Assembly (NCBI GenBank): GCA_022710645.1 | Contig: JAKLGL010000001.1 | Coordinates: 20,614 to 84,613 of the forward strand | DNA from: Patescibacteria group bacterium | GTDB taxonomy: Bacteria; Patescibacteriota; Patescibacteriia; Magasanikbacterales; GWA2-37-8 | DNA length: 64,000 nt | Direction of reading: 5' to 3' | Shown: positions 56,921 through 64,000 of the stretch, piece by piece | Numbering within the stretch: position 1 is the stretch's first letter | Layout of the letters: each line of letters opens with the position of its first letter | Translations under genes and position numbers: made by a program | Notes under the pieces: generated by a model | Databases searched by the model: none | The model's input: only the letters and a program-made list of their open reading frames with translations | Told to the model about the DNA's origin: nothing

Positions 56921-58033
56921 TTATTCTAGTTTTGCAATTTGTTTCTCCCAGTTGAATTCTTGAATTATGCGTCGCCTTCCCGCCTCTCCCATCTGCTTGG
57001 CATAATCGGAATTTTTCAAAATTTCAGTTATTGCCGAAATCACTCCTTGATCTTGATAAACATCCACCAAAATTCCCGTAACCAGATTTTCCACCACTTC
57101 TTCCACTCCGCCCACACGGCCAGCGATGACCGGTAAACCGGAAGCTGAAGCTTCCAAAAAAGCCGTTCCCCAACCTTCTTCACTTTCTTCGTCTTTGTGA
57201 GTTAACAAAACAAAAGCATCGGCAAGTTGATAATATTTAGGTAATTCGTTTAACGGAATGAATCCCAAGATACGTACGACATTTTGCAAATAATTCTTCT
57301 GTATATTCTTGATTATATCTTCCTTTTTCGGACCATCGCCGATAATAATCCAGACTAAATTCGGAACCTTTTCCAAAATTTTCGGTAACAATCTTACCAT
57401 ATGCGGAAAACCTTTGCCGTCCGCCATTCTACCGACGGAAATCAAAACTTTTTTTCCTTTTAACGCCAGTTTAGCTCGTAAAATTTCCAATTCTTCTTCT
57501 TTATTTTTTTTCAAAAAGAAATCCGACGGACAAGGATGTAAAACAACTATTTTATTTTCCAATTCTTCAAACTTAGCAGATAATTTATTTTTCAAAAAAT
57601 CTCCGCTAACTACGATTTTTTCCGCATTATTGCAAACCATTTTTATTTTACCGGCTTTTCTTTTCAGTCCTACAACCAAATCCGTTCCGTGAAAAAAAAT
57701 CGTATAAGGAATTTTAAAAAACTTTTTGCATAAATACGCGACATAACCGGACGGCAAAGCGTGATGAACATAAATTTTTTCCACTTTTTCTTTTTTTATA
57801 ATCTTACGCACCTGCCAAAACATTTTTAACCATCTGGGCCAAATAACTTTGAAATAAGGGTTGTAACGATATGTTTTCCAATCGTTTTTGGCGTCAAATT
57901 CTTTATCACCTTGTTGTTTGGGCGCGTAAACGCAAATTTCTTCCGAATCAAAATGAGCGGCAAAATTATAAGTATAAGAAGCGATACCGCCGATTTTTGG
58001 CGGATACTCCAAGGTTATCAGTAAAATTTTCAT
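56921..58033 (-). CDS. family 4 (GT-B) glycosyltransferase
   Basis: C-terminal 'EGWGTAFLEASASGLPVIAGRVGGVEEVV' is the GT4 signature. Confidence 0.8.
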   Translation of the reverse strand: MKILLITLEYPPKIGGIASYTYNFAAHFDSEEICVYAPKQQGDKEFDAKNDWKTYRYNPYFKVIWPRWLKMFWQVRKIIKKEKVEKIYVHHALPSGYVAYLCKKFFKIPYTIFFHGTDLVVGLKRKAGKIKMVCNNAEKIVVSGDFLKNKLSAKFEELENKIVVLHPCPSDFFLKKNKEEELEILRAKLALKGKKVLISVGRMADGKGFPHMVRLLPKILEKVPNLVWIIIGDGPKKEDIIKNIQKNYLQNVVRILGFIPLNELPKYYQLADAFVLLTHKDEESEEGWGTAFLEASASGLPVIAGRVGGVEEVVENLVTGILVDVYQDQGVISAITEILKNSDYAKQMGEAGRRRIIQEFNWEKQIAKLE

Positions 58034-59454
58034 ATTAGTTTTTTAACATTCAAATCGTCGCGAGTTAAACCGCCAAACACAAACACGGCGGCAAGATAGA
58101 CAAAAATTCCCGCAACAATACACAAAATAAAATGCCAATAATTTTGCAAATAAATAACTACCGCAGCCATAATCACCGACGGCCAAAAACATTTATCAAC
58201 TAACAATATTATTTCTTTTATCGGGAGTAAAATCACTTTTCGCACTCGCCACAAAGTAAAAGCAAACAAAATTCCATTACTCAGAAGCGCGGAAACGGCC
58301 GCACCCATTACGGCAAACTTGGGTAACAACCACAAATTCAAACACACACTCAAAATCAAAGCGAAAAATAAAAGTAAAGTCTGTTCTGTTTGTTTATTCA
58401 CCGCATTGAGTAGTGCCGCCATAGTATAATTGAGATAACTGAAAATCAAACTAAAAATCAAAACTTTAAGCACAGCAGCAGACGGCGCATAGGCGGAGGT
58501 GTAAAAAGAAACTATAAAATTATCGGCAATCGCATAAATTCCAAACATCAAAGGCATGACAATAAGCAAAAGATATCGCCAACCTTTGAGTAATAGCTCT
58601 GCTATACGTTCTTTATTTTCACCGGTGTGCAAGGCGGAAATTACCGGATACAAACTGGCGGTTAAAGCCGTCGGAATAAACTGAAAGGCGAAAACTATTT
58701 TATACGGGACACTCCAATATCCGAGCTGAGTTTTATCCAAGATTTTACTCATTAACAAAGAATCACTGAAAGAATACAGTTTACCGATAATCGCAGCGGC
58801 AAAAAAAGGCAAAGCCATCAAAAAGAAAGGTTTCAAAATTTCTTTTTGCCAAACGGGACGAAAACGCCAATTGACGTTTTTGGCGGTAAAATATCCGGCA
58901 TAAAATACACTCAAGAAACTCGGAATCGTATAAGCTAAAATCAAAAAATATAGAGGCCACTGCAAAATCAATGCGGTCGTGCCTATAATCATAGTCAAAA
59001 CTTGGGACATAAATATACCCAATGCTTCATATTTCAGTTTTTCCGCCGCTCGTAAAGAAGCGTAGAAAAGATTTTGCAAACTATCAAAAATTACCGTGAT
59101 TCCGGCAACATAAATCAATTGTTTGGTATTTTCAGCATACCCGAGAATATTGGCAAACAAAATTATCAAGACATATGAAAAAATTCCTAGAATGAATTTC
59201 AAACTAAGCAAACTGTTGAGATAATTATTTCCTTTTTCTTGATCGCGCGCCAATTCGCGAACCAAAACATTATTCAAACCAAAATCAGCCACTACCAAAA
59301 ATATGGTGGAAAAAGACAAAGCGAAAAAGTAATCGCCTGTGTTCTCTACCCCGATGATTCGCGCGATAATGATGAAGTAAACAAAAGAAACGACTCTCTG
59401 AGCTATAGAGGCCGCGGTCATAAAAGTCGTATTTTTTGCCACACTTGAAGCCAT
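58030..59454 (-). CDS. oligosaccharide flippase (Wzx/MOP superfamily) polysaccharide biosynthesis protein
   Basis: About 14 TM helices, 474 aa, in a glycosyltransferase context. Confidence 0.7.
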   Translation of the reverse strand: MASSVAKNTTFMTAASIAQRVVSFVYFIIIARIIGVENTGDYFFALSFSTIFLVVADFGLNNVLVRELARDQEKGNNYLNSLLSLKFILGIFSYVLIILFANILGYAENTKQLIYVAGITVIFDSLQNLFYASLRAAEKLKYEALGIFMSQVLTMIIGTTALILQWPLYFLILAYTIPSFLSVFYAGYFTAKNVNWRFRPVWQKEILKPFFLMALPFFAAAIIGKLYSFSDSLLMSKILDKTQLGYWSVPYKIVFAFQFIPTALTASLYPVISALHTGENKERIAELLLKGWRYLLLIVMPLMFGIYAIADNFIVSFYTSAYAPSAAVLKVLIFSLIFSYLNYTMAALLNAVNKQTEQTLLLFFALILSVCLNLWLLPKFAVMGAAVSALLSNGILFAFTLWRVRKVILLPIKEIILLVDKCFWPSVIMAAVVIYLQNYWHFILCIVAGIFVYLAAVFVFGGLTRDDLNVKKLI

Positions 59455-59543
59455 AAATATATTTTATCTCATTATATCAGCAAATTCGGCTTTTTACAAA
59501 CAAAAAACACCCCCGAATTGAGGGTGCTTTTTTGAAGTATTTT

Positions 59544-59972
59544 TTAACGTTTGCTCCATTGCGGTGCTCTGCGGGCTTTTTTGAGACCCGGTTTCTTTCT
59601 TTCTTTGATACGAGGATCGCGAGTTAATAAACCAGCGACTTTCAAAGATTTTTTGAAATCAATATTCCATTTTACCAAAGCGCGAGCGATGCCGTGTTGT
59701 ACAGCTTTTGCTTGACCGTTTTTTCCTCCGCCGTTAACTTTGGCGGAAATATTCAAATCTTTTTCTTTACCCAAAATTTTCAAAGGAACCAAAACGATTT
59801 CTTGTTCGGAAAGAGTGAAATATTGTTTAAGCTCTTTTCCGTTAACAATAATTTTTCCTTCGCCTTTGTCCAAACGCACGCGAGCGGTAGCCATTTTACG
59901 GCGTCCGACAGCGCGGTTTTCTTCTTTTTTCTCTTTTACGCTTTTAAGCGCGGTTTTAACTGTTTTTACCAT
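59544..59972 (-). CDS. rpsI: 30S ribosomal protein S9
   Basis: C-terminal 'KKARRAPQWSKR' and 'GGGKNGQAKAVQHGIARAL'. Confidence 0.9.
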   Translation of the reverse strand: MVKTVKTALKSVKEKKEENRAVGRRKMATARVRLDKGEGKIIVNGKELKQYFTLSEQEIVLVPLKILGKEKDLNISAKVNGGGKNGQAKAVQHGIARALVKWNIDFKKSLKVAGLLTRDPRIKERKKPGLKKARRAPQWSKR

Positions 59973-59978
59973 AGAGGA

Positions 59979-60326
59979 TTATTTAAAAGATATTCTTAAC
60001 AATCTGCCGTCGCGTAGTTTATTTTTCGGCAACATTTTGGTTACCGCAAGAATCACCACTTTTTTTGGATCTTCTTTCATCACTTTTTTAGCCGGAGTTT
60101 CTTTCAAACCACCCGGATAATTACTGTGATGGCGATAAACTTTTTGATCGAGTTTTTTGCCGGTAAATTTTATTTTATCGACATTTAAGATAGCAACCTT
60201 GTCGCCTTTATCCAAACGCGGCTCATAACCGACTTTGTGTTTACCCATCAAAATCATCGCGATTTTGGTGGCCAAACGTCCGGGAGCCATGCCGGCGGCG
60301 TCAATTTCAATTTTCTTTCTGTTCAT
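59979..60326 (-). CDS. rplM: 50S ribosomal protein L13 (compact form)
   Basis: 'IDAAGMAPGRLATKIAMILMGKHK' and 'YRHHSNYPGGLKE' match L13. At 115 aa it is shorter than typical. Confidence 0.8.
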   Translation of the reverse strand: MNRKKIEIDAAGMAPGRLATKIAMILMGKHKVGYEPRLDKGDKVAILNVDKIKFTGKKLDQKVYRHHSNYPGGLKETPAKKVMKEDPKKVVILAVTKMLPKNKLRDGRLLRISFK

Positions 60327-60337
60327 AACGCAAAAAA

Positions 60338-60688
60338 TTAAATAAATTCAACAACCGCTTCTTCGGCTCCATCGCCTTTACGGTTTTTTAAAGCGGTTAT
60401 GCGAGTATATCCGCCTTTGATTTCTTTATATTTCGGGCCGTATACTTCCATCATTTTTTTGACGGCATTTTCAGTATAAAGAGTTTTAGAAATTTGACGA
60501 CGAGCGGTCAAATTATTTTTTCCGGCCACTGTCACCAATTTCTCAACCAAAGAACGTACGGCTTTGGCTTTGGCTTTGGTAGTTTTGATTTTTCCGTAGA
60601 TAATCAAACTTTCCGCCAAATTAGCGAGCAAAGAGCGACGTCCGGCTGTTTTTCTATCCAATGTAATTTTTTTACTTTGATGTCTCAT
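60338..60688 (-). CDS. rplQ: 50S ribosomal protein L17
   Basis: 'MRHQSKKITLDRKTAGRRSLLANLAESLIIYGKIKTTKAKAK' is a typical L17 N-terminus. Confidence 0.9.
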   Translation of the reverse strand: MRHQSKKITLDRKTAGRRSLLANLAESLIIYGKIKTTKAKAKAVRSLVEKLVTVAGKNNLTARRQISKTLYTENAVKKMMEVYGPKYKEIKGGYTRITALKNRKGDGAEEAVVEFI

Positions 60689-60696
60689 ATAGGGGT

Positions 60697-61527
60697 TTAC
60701 TTACTTTTTTTACTGACTTTCTTAACTTTTTTTGCGACTTTTTCTTCCCCCTTTTTAGTTTTAATTGTATCTTCTTCGTCAATACCTTCGATTTCTTTTT
60801 CCGCGGAAATTTCCGGTTCACGCATCATTTCTTCTTCGGTTTTAATACCGGAAGCCACAATGCGGAAATGTTCCATCAAAATATCGTTGGCTTGTTGTAT
60901 GGCGTATTTGGGAGAAATAGAGCCATTGGTTTCAATGGTCAATGTCAATTTTTCATAGTTGGTGATATCGCCCACGCGAGTATATTCGACATGGTAACCG
61001 ACATCTTTGACCGGAGTATAAATGGAATCTATCAAGATAGTTCCCAAATCTACAGCTTGTTTATCTTTTTCTTCCACAGTGCGAAAACCGCGACCGACAC
61101 CGACAGTAATTTCCATTTCAAAAGTTTTGTTGGAAGTCAAATTGGCAATAACCAAATCCGAATTGATAATTTCCACCGCGGAATTTTTTTCAAAATCTCC
61201 GGCTTTTACTTCACCCGGACCTTTTTTGGTCAAAGACAAAGTAACCGGTTCTTCAGAATAAACTTTTACCACCAATTGTTTGAGATTTAACATTACTTCC
61301 ACTGCATCTTCTTTCATTCCTTCCATGGTCGAAAATTCATGTTGTATACCTTTAATTTTAAAGGATTCTACAGCCGCACCTGGTAAAGAAGATAAAAGTA
61401 CTCGACGCAAAGCGTTACCCAGAGTTGTGCCGTAACCGTAATAACACGGACTTACGGTAACCACCCCGATATTACCTTGTTCGCCTTCTTTAAATTCCAC
61501 TTTTGACGGTAATAATAAGTTCTCCAT
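60697..61527 (-). CDS. rpoA: DNA-directed RNA polymerase alpha subunit (short form)
   Basis: Alpha-NTD dimerisation and beta-binding motifs ('TLGNALRRVLLSSLPG'). The Lys-rich C-tail replaces a canonical alpha-CTD. Length 276 aa. Confidence 0.85.
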   Translation of the reverse strand: MENLLLPSKVEFKEGEQGNIGVVTVSPCYYGYGTTLGNALRRVLLSSLPGAAVESFKIKGIQHEFSTMEGMKEDAVEVMLNLKQLVVKVYSEEPVTLSLTKKGPGEVKAGDFEKNSAVEIINSDLVIANLTSNKTFEMEITVGVGRGFRTVEEKDKQAVDLGTILIDSIYTPVKDVGYHVEYTRVGDITNYEKLTLTIETNGSISPKYAIQQANDILMEHFRIVASGIKTEEEMMREPEISAEKEIEGIDEEDTIKTKKGEEKVAKKVKKVSKKSK

Positions 61528-61549
61528 ATGGTTTTAAATTAAAAAATTT

Positions 61550-62176
61550 TTAGCGTGAATAATACTCAATGATAGATTTGGCGTTAAAGCCCGGATCTTC
61601 AACTTGAGGAACGTTTAAAACCTTTGCGGAGATATCTTTGCTGTTTACAGCCAACCAAGCCGGAGCTTCTATTTTGGAAAGTCTTTCGGAAATATTTTCA
61701 AAACCTTTTTTATTTTTTCCTTTAGCGCTCAAAGCCACAACATCACCTATTTTGGTATTGAAAGACGGTACATCGACTTTTTTACCGTTAACAACAATCA
61801 ATCCGTGGGAAACTATTTGACGAGCTGCCAAACGAGATTTTCCCAAACCCATACGATAAACAACATTGTCCAAACGACTTTCTAAAGCGGCTAATAAAAT
61901 TTTGGAAGTATCGCCGACTTTTTTGGAAGATTTTTCCACGTAATTGGCAAATTGTCTTTCTATCAAACCGTAAACTCTTTTAGCTTTTTGTTTTTCACGC
62001 AACTGAGCACCGTATCCGGAAAGTTTTCCGCGACGAGAATCAGGTCCGTGTTGACCGGGAGCGTAACTGCGTTTGGCAAAAGGACATTTTGGACCCAAAC
62101 ATTTATCTCCTTTGAGCAATAATTTTACTCCGGCACGACGACATTTGGCGCAATTTGTATTAATTTTTTTAGACAT
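61550..62176 (-). CDS. rpsD: 30S ribosomal protein S4
   Basis: N-terminal zinc ribbon 'CAKCRRAGVKLLLKGDKC' and an S4 RNA-binding domain. Confidence 0.9.
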   Translation of the reverse strand: MSKKINTNCAKCRRAGVKLLLKGDKCLGPKCPFAKRSYAPGQHGPDSRRGKLSGYGAQLREKQKAKRVYGLIERQFANYVEKSSKKVGDTSKILLAALESRLDNVVYRMGLGKSRLAARQIVSHGLIVVNGKKVDVPSFNTKIGDVVALSAKGKNKKGFENISERLSKIEAPAWLAVNSKDISAKVLNVPQVEDPGFNAKSIIEYYSR

Positions 62177-62203
62177 ATCTATAATTTAAAGATTTCAGAA
62201 GTA

Positions 62204-62605
62204 TTAAACGCGACGCGGCTTCGGAGCGCGGCAGCCGTTGTGAGGAATCGGAGTTACATCGTTGATAGAAATCACATTGATGCCATTGGTATGAAAAGCG
62301 CGAATAGCACCTTCACGTCCTTGACCGATACCTTTGATAAATACAGTAACTTCTTTTACTCCGTAATCCGCGATTTTGTCAGTTAAATTTTTGACTACCA
62401 CGGAAGCGGCGTAAGGAGTTGCTTTTTTCGGACCTTTAAAACCAGCCATACCGGCGGAAGCCCAACCAAGAGCATTACCGTTCGGATCAGTGACTGTAAT
62501 AATAGTATTATTATAAGAAGCCAAAATATGCGCTACGGCGCGCGGTACTTGTTTGACAACTTTTTTCTTTTTAGCTTTTACAGCTTTAGCTTGTTCTTGA
62601 GCCAT
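62204..62605 (-). CDS. rpsK: 30S ribosomal protein S11
   Basis: 'VTDPNGNALGWASAGMAGFKGPKKATPYAA'. Confidence 0.9.
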   Translation of the reverse strand: MAQEQAKAVKAKKKKVVKQVPRAVAHILASYNNTIITVTDPNGNALGWASAGMAGFKGPKKATPYAASVVVKNLTDKIADYGVKEVTVFIKGIGQGREGAIRAFHTNGINVISINDVTPIPHNGCRAPKPRRV

Positions 62606-62620
62606 ATATCAAATTAATTA

Positions 62621-63007
62621 TTATGTTTTAATACCGGATTTGGCGCGACCGCTACCCATAGTCTTTCTGGTATTACCACGAACGGTGCGAGAATTTGTTT
62701 TGGTGCGTTGTCCGCGAACCGGCAAATGGCGCATATGACGCACGCCACGGTAACATTTAATATCTTTGAGACGTTTGATGTTAGCTCCGATTTCACGACG
62801 TAAATCGCCTTCGGTTACATGTTCTTTTTCCACCAAAGCGCGAATTTTGTCTTCTTGTTCCGGAGTCAAATCTTTGGTGCGAAGTTCACCGTCAACTTTG
62901 GCTTGTTTTAATATTTTTTCCGCCAAAGTAGGACCGACGCCGAAAATATAACGCAAAGAAATACGAATTTTCTTTTCTTTGGGTATATTGGTACCTGCTA
63001 TACGCAT
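62621..63007 (-). CDS. rpsM: 30S ribosomal protein S13
   Basis: 'MRIAGTNIPKEKKIRISLRYIFGVG'. Confidence 0.9.
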   Translation of the reverse strand: MRIAGTNIPKEKKIRISLRYIFGVGPTLAEKILKQAKVDGELRTKDLTPEQEDKIRALVEKEHVTEGDLRREIGANIKRLKDIKCYRGVRHMRHLPVRGQRTKTNSRTVRGNTRKTMGSGRAKSGIKT

Positions 63008-63035
63008 AATATATGTACATTACTTAAAAAATAAA

Positions 63036-63149
63036 TTAACCTTGACGCTGTTTATGCTTTTTGTTTGCACAAATCACATAGACCCTTCCTTTGCGTCTGA
63101 CCACTTTACATTTTTGGCAAATTTTCTTTGCCGATGGACGTACTTTCAT
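63036..63149 (-). CDS. rpmJ: 50S ribosomal protein L36
   Basis: Not in the ORF track because it is under 60 aa. The minus-strand translation is [37 protein letters not shown], with a C..C...C..H zinc motif. Confidence 0.8.
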   Translation of the reverse strand: MKVRPSAKKICQKCKVVRRKGRVYVICANKKHKQRQG

Positions 63150-63258
63150 AAAACATTTTAAATTACACAAAAACATCAACCACTGCCGCGATATCGACGC
63201 TCGACTCTATTGTCAAGCTACACCGCAGTGGTTGATATTTCTTTTTTAATTATATTTT

Positions 63259-63474
63259 TTAAAACCGATAAGTAATTCTGCCTTTAGTCAAATCGTAAGG
63301 AGTCATTGCGATTTTAACTTGATCGCCAAGACTCAAACGAATTTTGTTGAGGCGCATTTTACCGGACAAGTGAGCCAAAACCATTTGACCGCTTTCAAGT
63401 TTAACTTTGAAAGTCCCAGCTGGTAAAAGCTCTTCAATTGTCCCTTTTATCTCAATAGCATCGTTATTCGCCAT
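63259..63474 (-). CDS. infA: translation initiation factor IF-1
   Basis: S1-like OB fold '[45 protein letters not shown]'. Confidence 0.9.
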   Translation of the reverse strand: MANNDAIEIKGTIEELLPAGTFKVKLESGQMVLAHLSGKMRLNKIRLSLGDQVKIAMTPYDLTKGRITYRF

Positions 63475-63571
63475 TTGAAAAGGATTATTTATATGAATAT
63501 ATTAAACTATTTTTTAAAATTAGTCAAGGGTTAGCCAAAAACCAGTTACTTACTTATTATTTTGGCTAATA

Positions 63572-63937
63572 TTAGCTATTTTGGTCATTAACCATTGGAA
63601 TTTGGTCATTCTTCACTTTATACACCCATTCTTTATACAACAAAAAATTCCAAGAAACTGCCAAAGCAATATTAGCCATTCTGACCAGTAAATAATTAAA
63701 TCCGAATTTATGATTAAATAGCCACATCCAAAAAACCGCAAAAATATAATTTCCCAAAGCGACTGTCAAAAATTTTATCATTTGTTTATGCGCTTCTCCG
63801 CCGGCTTTAAAACTCATTTTCTTATTCATCAAAAATACATAAAGCAAAATAAAAGCTTGATTAACAACTACCGCTACCACTGGTAATAAACCGAAAAATT
63901 CTTTCAAAATCCACAGAGACAACATATCAAAAAACAA
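63572..63937 (-). CDS. GtrA-family membrane protein (polysaccharide synthesis associated)
   Basis: Four TM helices over about 120 aa, with a C-terminal 'NFLLYKEWVYK' typical of GtrA-like proteins. Confidence 0.5.
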   Translation of the reverse strand: MFFDMLSLWILKEFFGLLPVVAVVVNQAFILLYVFLMNKKMSFKAGGEAHKQMIKFLTVALGNYIFAVFWMWLFNHKFGFNYLLVRMANIALAVSWNFLLYKEWVYKVKNDQIPMVNDQNS

Positions 63938-64000
63938 AGCGGAAATTCCAACACTGAAATATCTGACAAATTGACCTCGATGAAACCAAAGATATGTTAA

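Noticed and set aside
1-64000. tRNA or rRNA genes
   Set aside because: No GGTTCGANTCC T-loop-like motifs, cloverleaf candidates or rRNA-like conserved stretches were found in any intergenic spacer. The spacers are occupied by repeats, promoters and terminators.

Overview
This is a low-GC (~35%) bacterial window with compact, mostly co-directional genes and many canonical sigma70-type promoters and intrinsic terminators, consistent with a small-genome, possibly Patescibacteria/CPR-like organism; that taxonomic guess is inference only. It divides into four parts. (a) At 1.8-10.4 kb there is a type I restriction-modification locus, hsdM-X-hsdS-Y-Z-hsdR. Three non-canonical genes are embedded in it: a 500-aa unknown with a C-terminal PD-(D/E)xK-like motif, a 184-aa unknown, and a 477-aa AAA/DUF4143-type ATPase. 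I consider this the most system-like accessory region in the window. (b) At 10.4-22 kb there is a mixed accessory stretch. It holds a serine hydrolase, a DUF218 protein, a HAD hydrolase, a DUF333 protein, a PIF1-like helicase, and an anaerobe oxidative-stress cluster (TspO, flavodoxin, rubrerythrin, superoxide reductase). It also holds asnS and a GC-rich island carrying a ~300-nt candidate structured RNA, which has a perfect TTGACA-17-TATAAT promoter and an intrinsic terminator, flanked by several small zinc-ribbon proteins. (c) At 22-54 kb the genes are housekeeping: a UvrD-like helicase-nuclease, mreBCD with PBP2, greA, lysS, serS, an FtsQ-like protein, xerD, dCMP deaminase, an M23 peptidase, gltX, tagA, AMMECR1, an ABC exporter, clpB preceded by a CIRCE-like operator, a PBP5-like protein, a Memo-like protein, a PriA-like protein lacking helicase motifs, a NUDIX hydrolase, def and fmt. 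(d) At 54.8-64 kb there is a surface-glycan cluster (O-antigen ligase-like, GT2, GT4, flippase, GtrA) and the rpsI-rplM / rplQ-rpoA-rpsD-rpsK-rpsM-rpmJ-infA ribosomal cluster on the minus strand. A dispersed imperfect-palindrome repeat family has four copies, two of which are associated with a shared 20-bp palindromic module, and AT-rich word repeats mark several intergenic regions. I recognised no tRNA, rRNA or CRISPR array.
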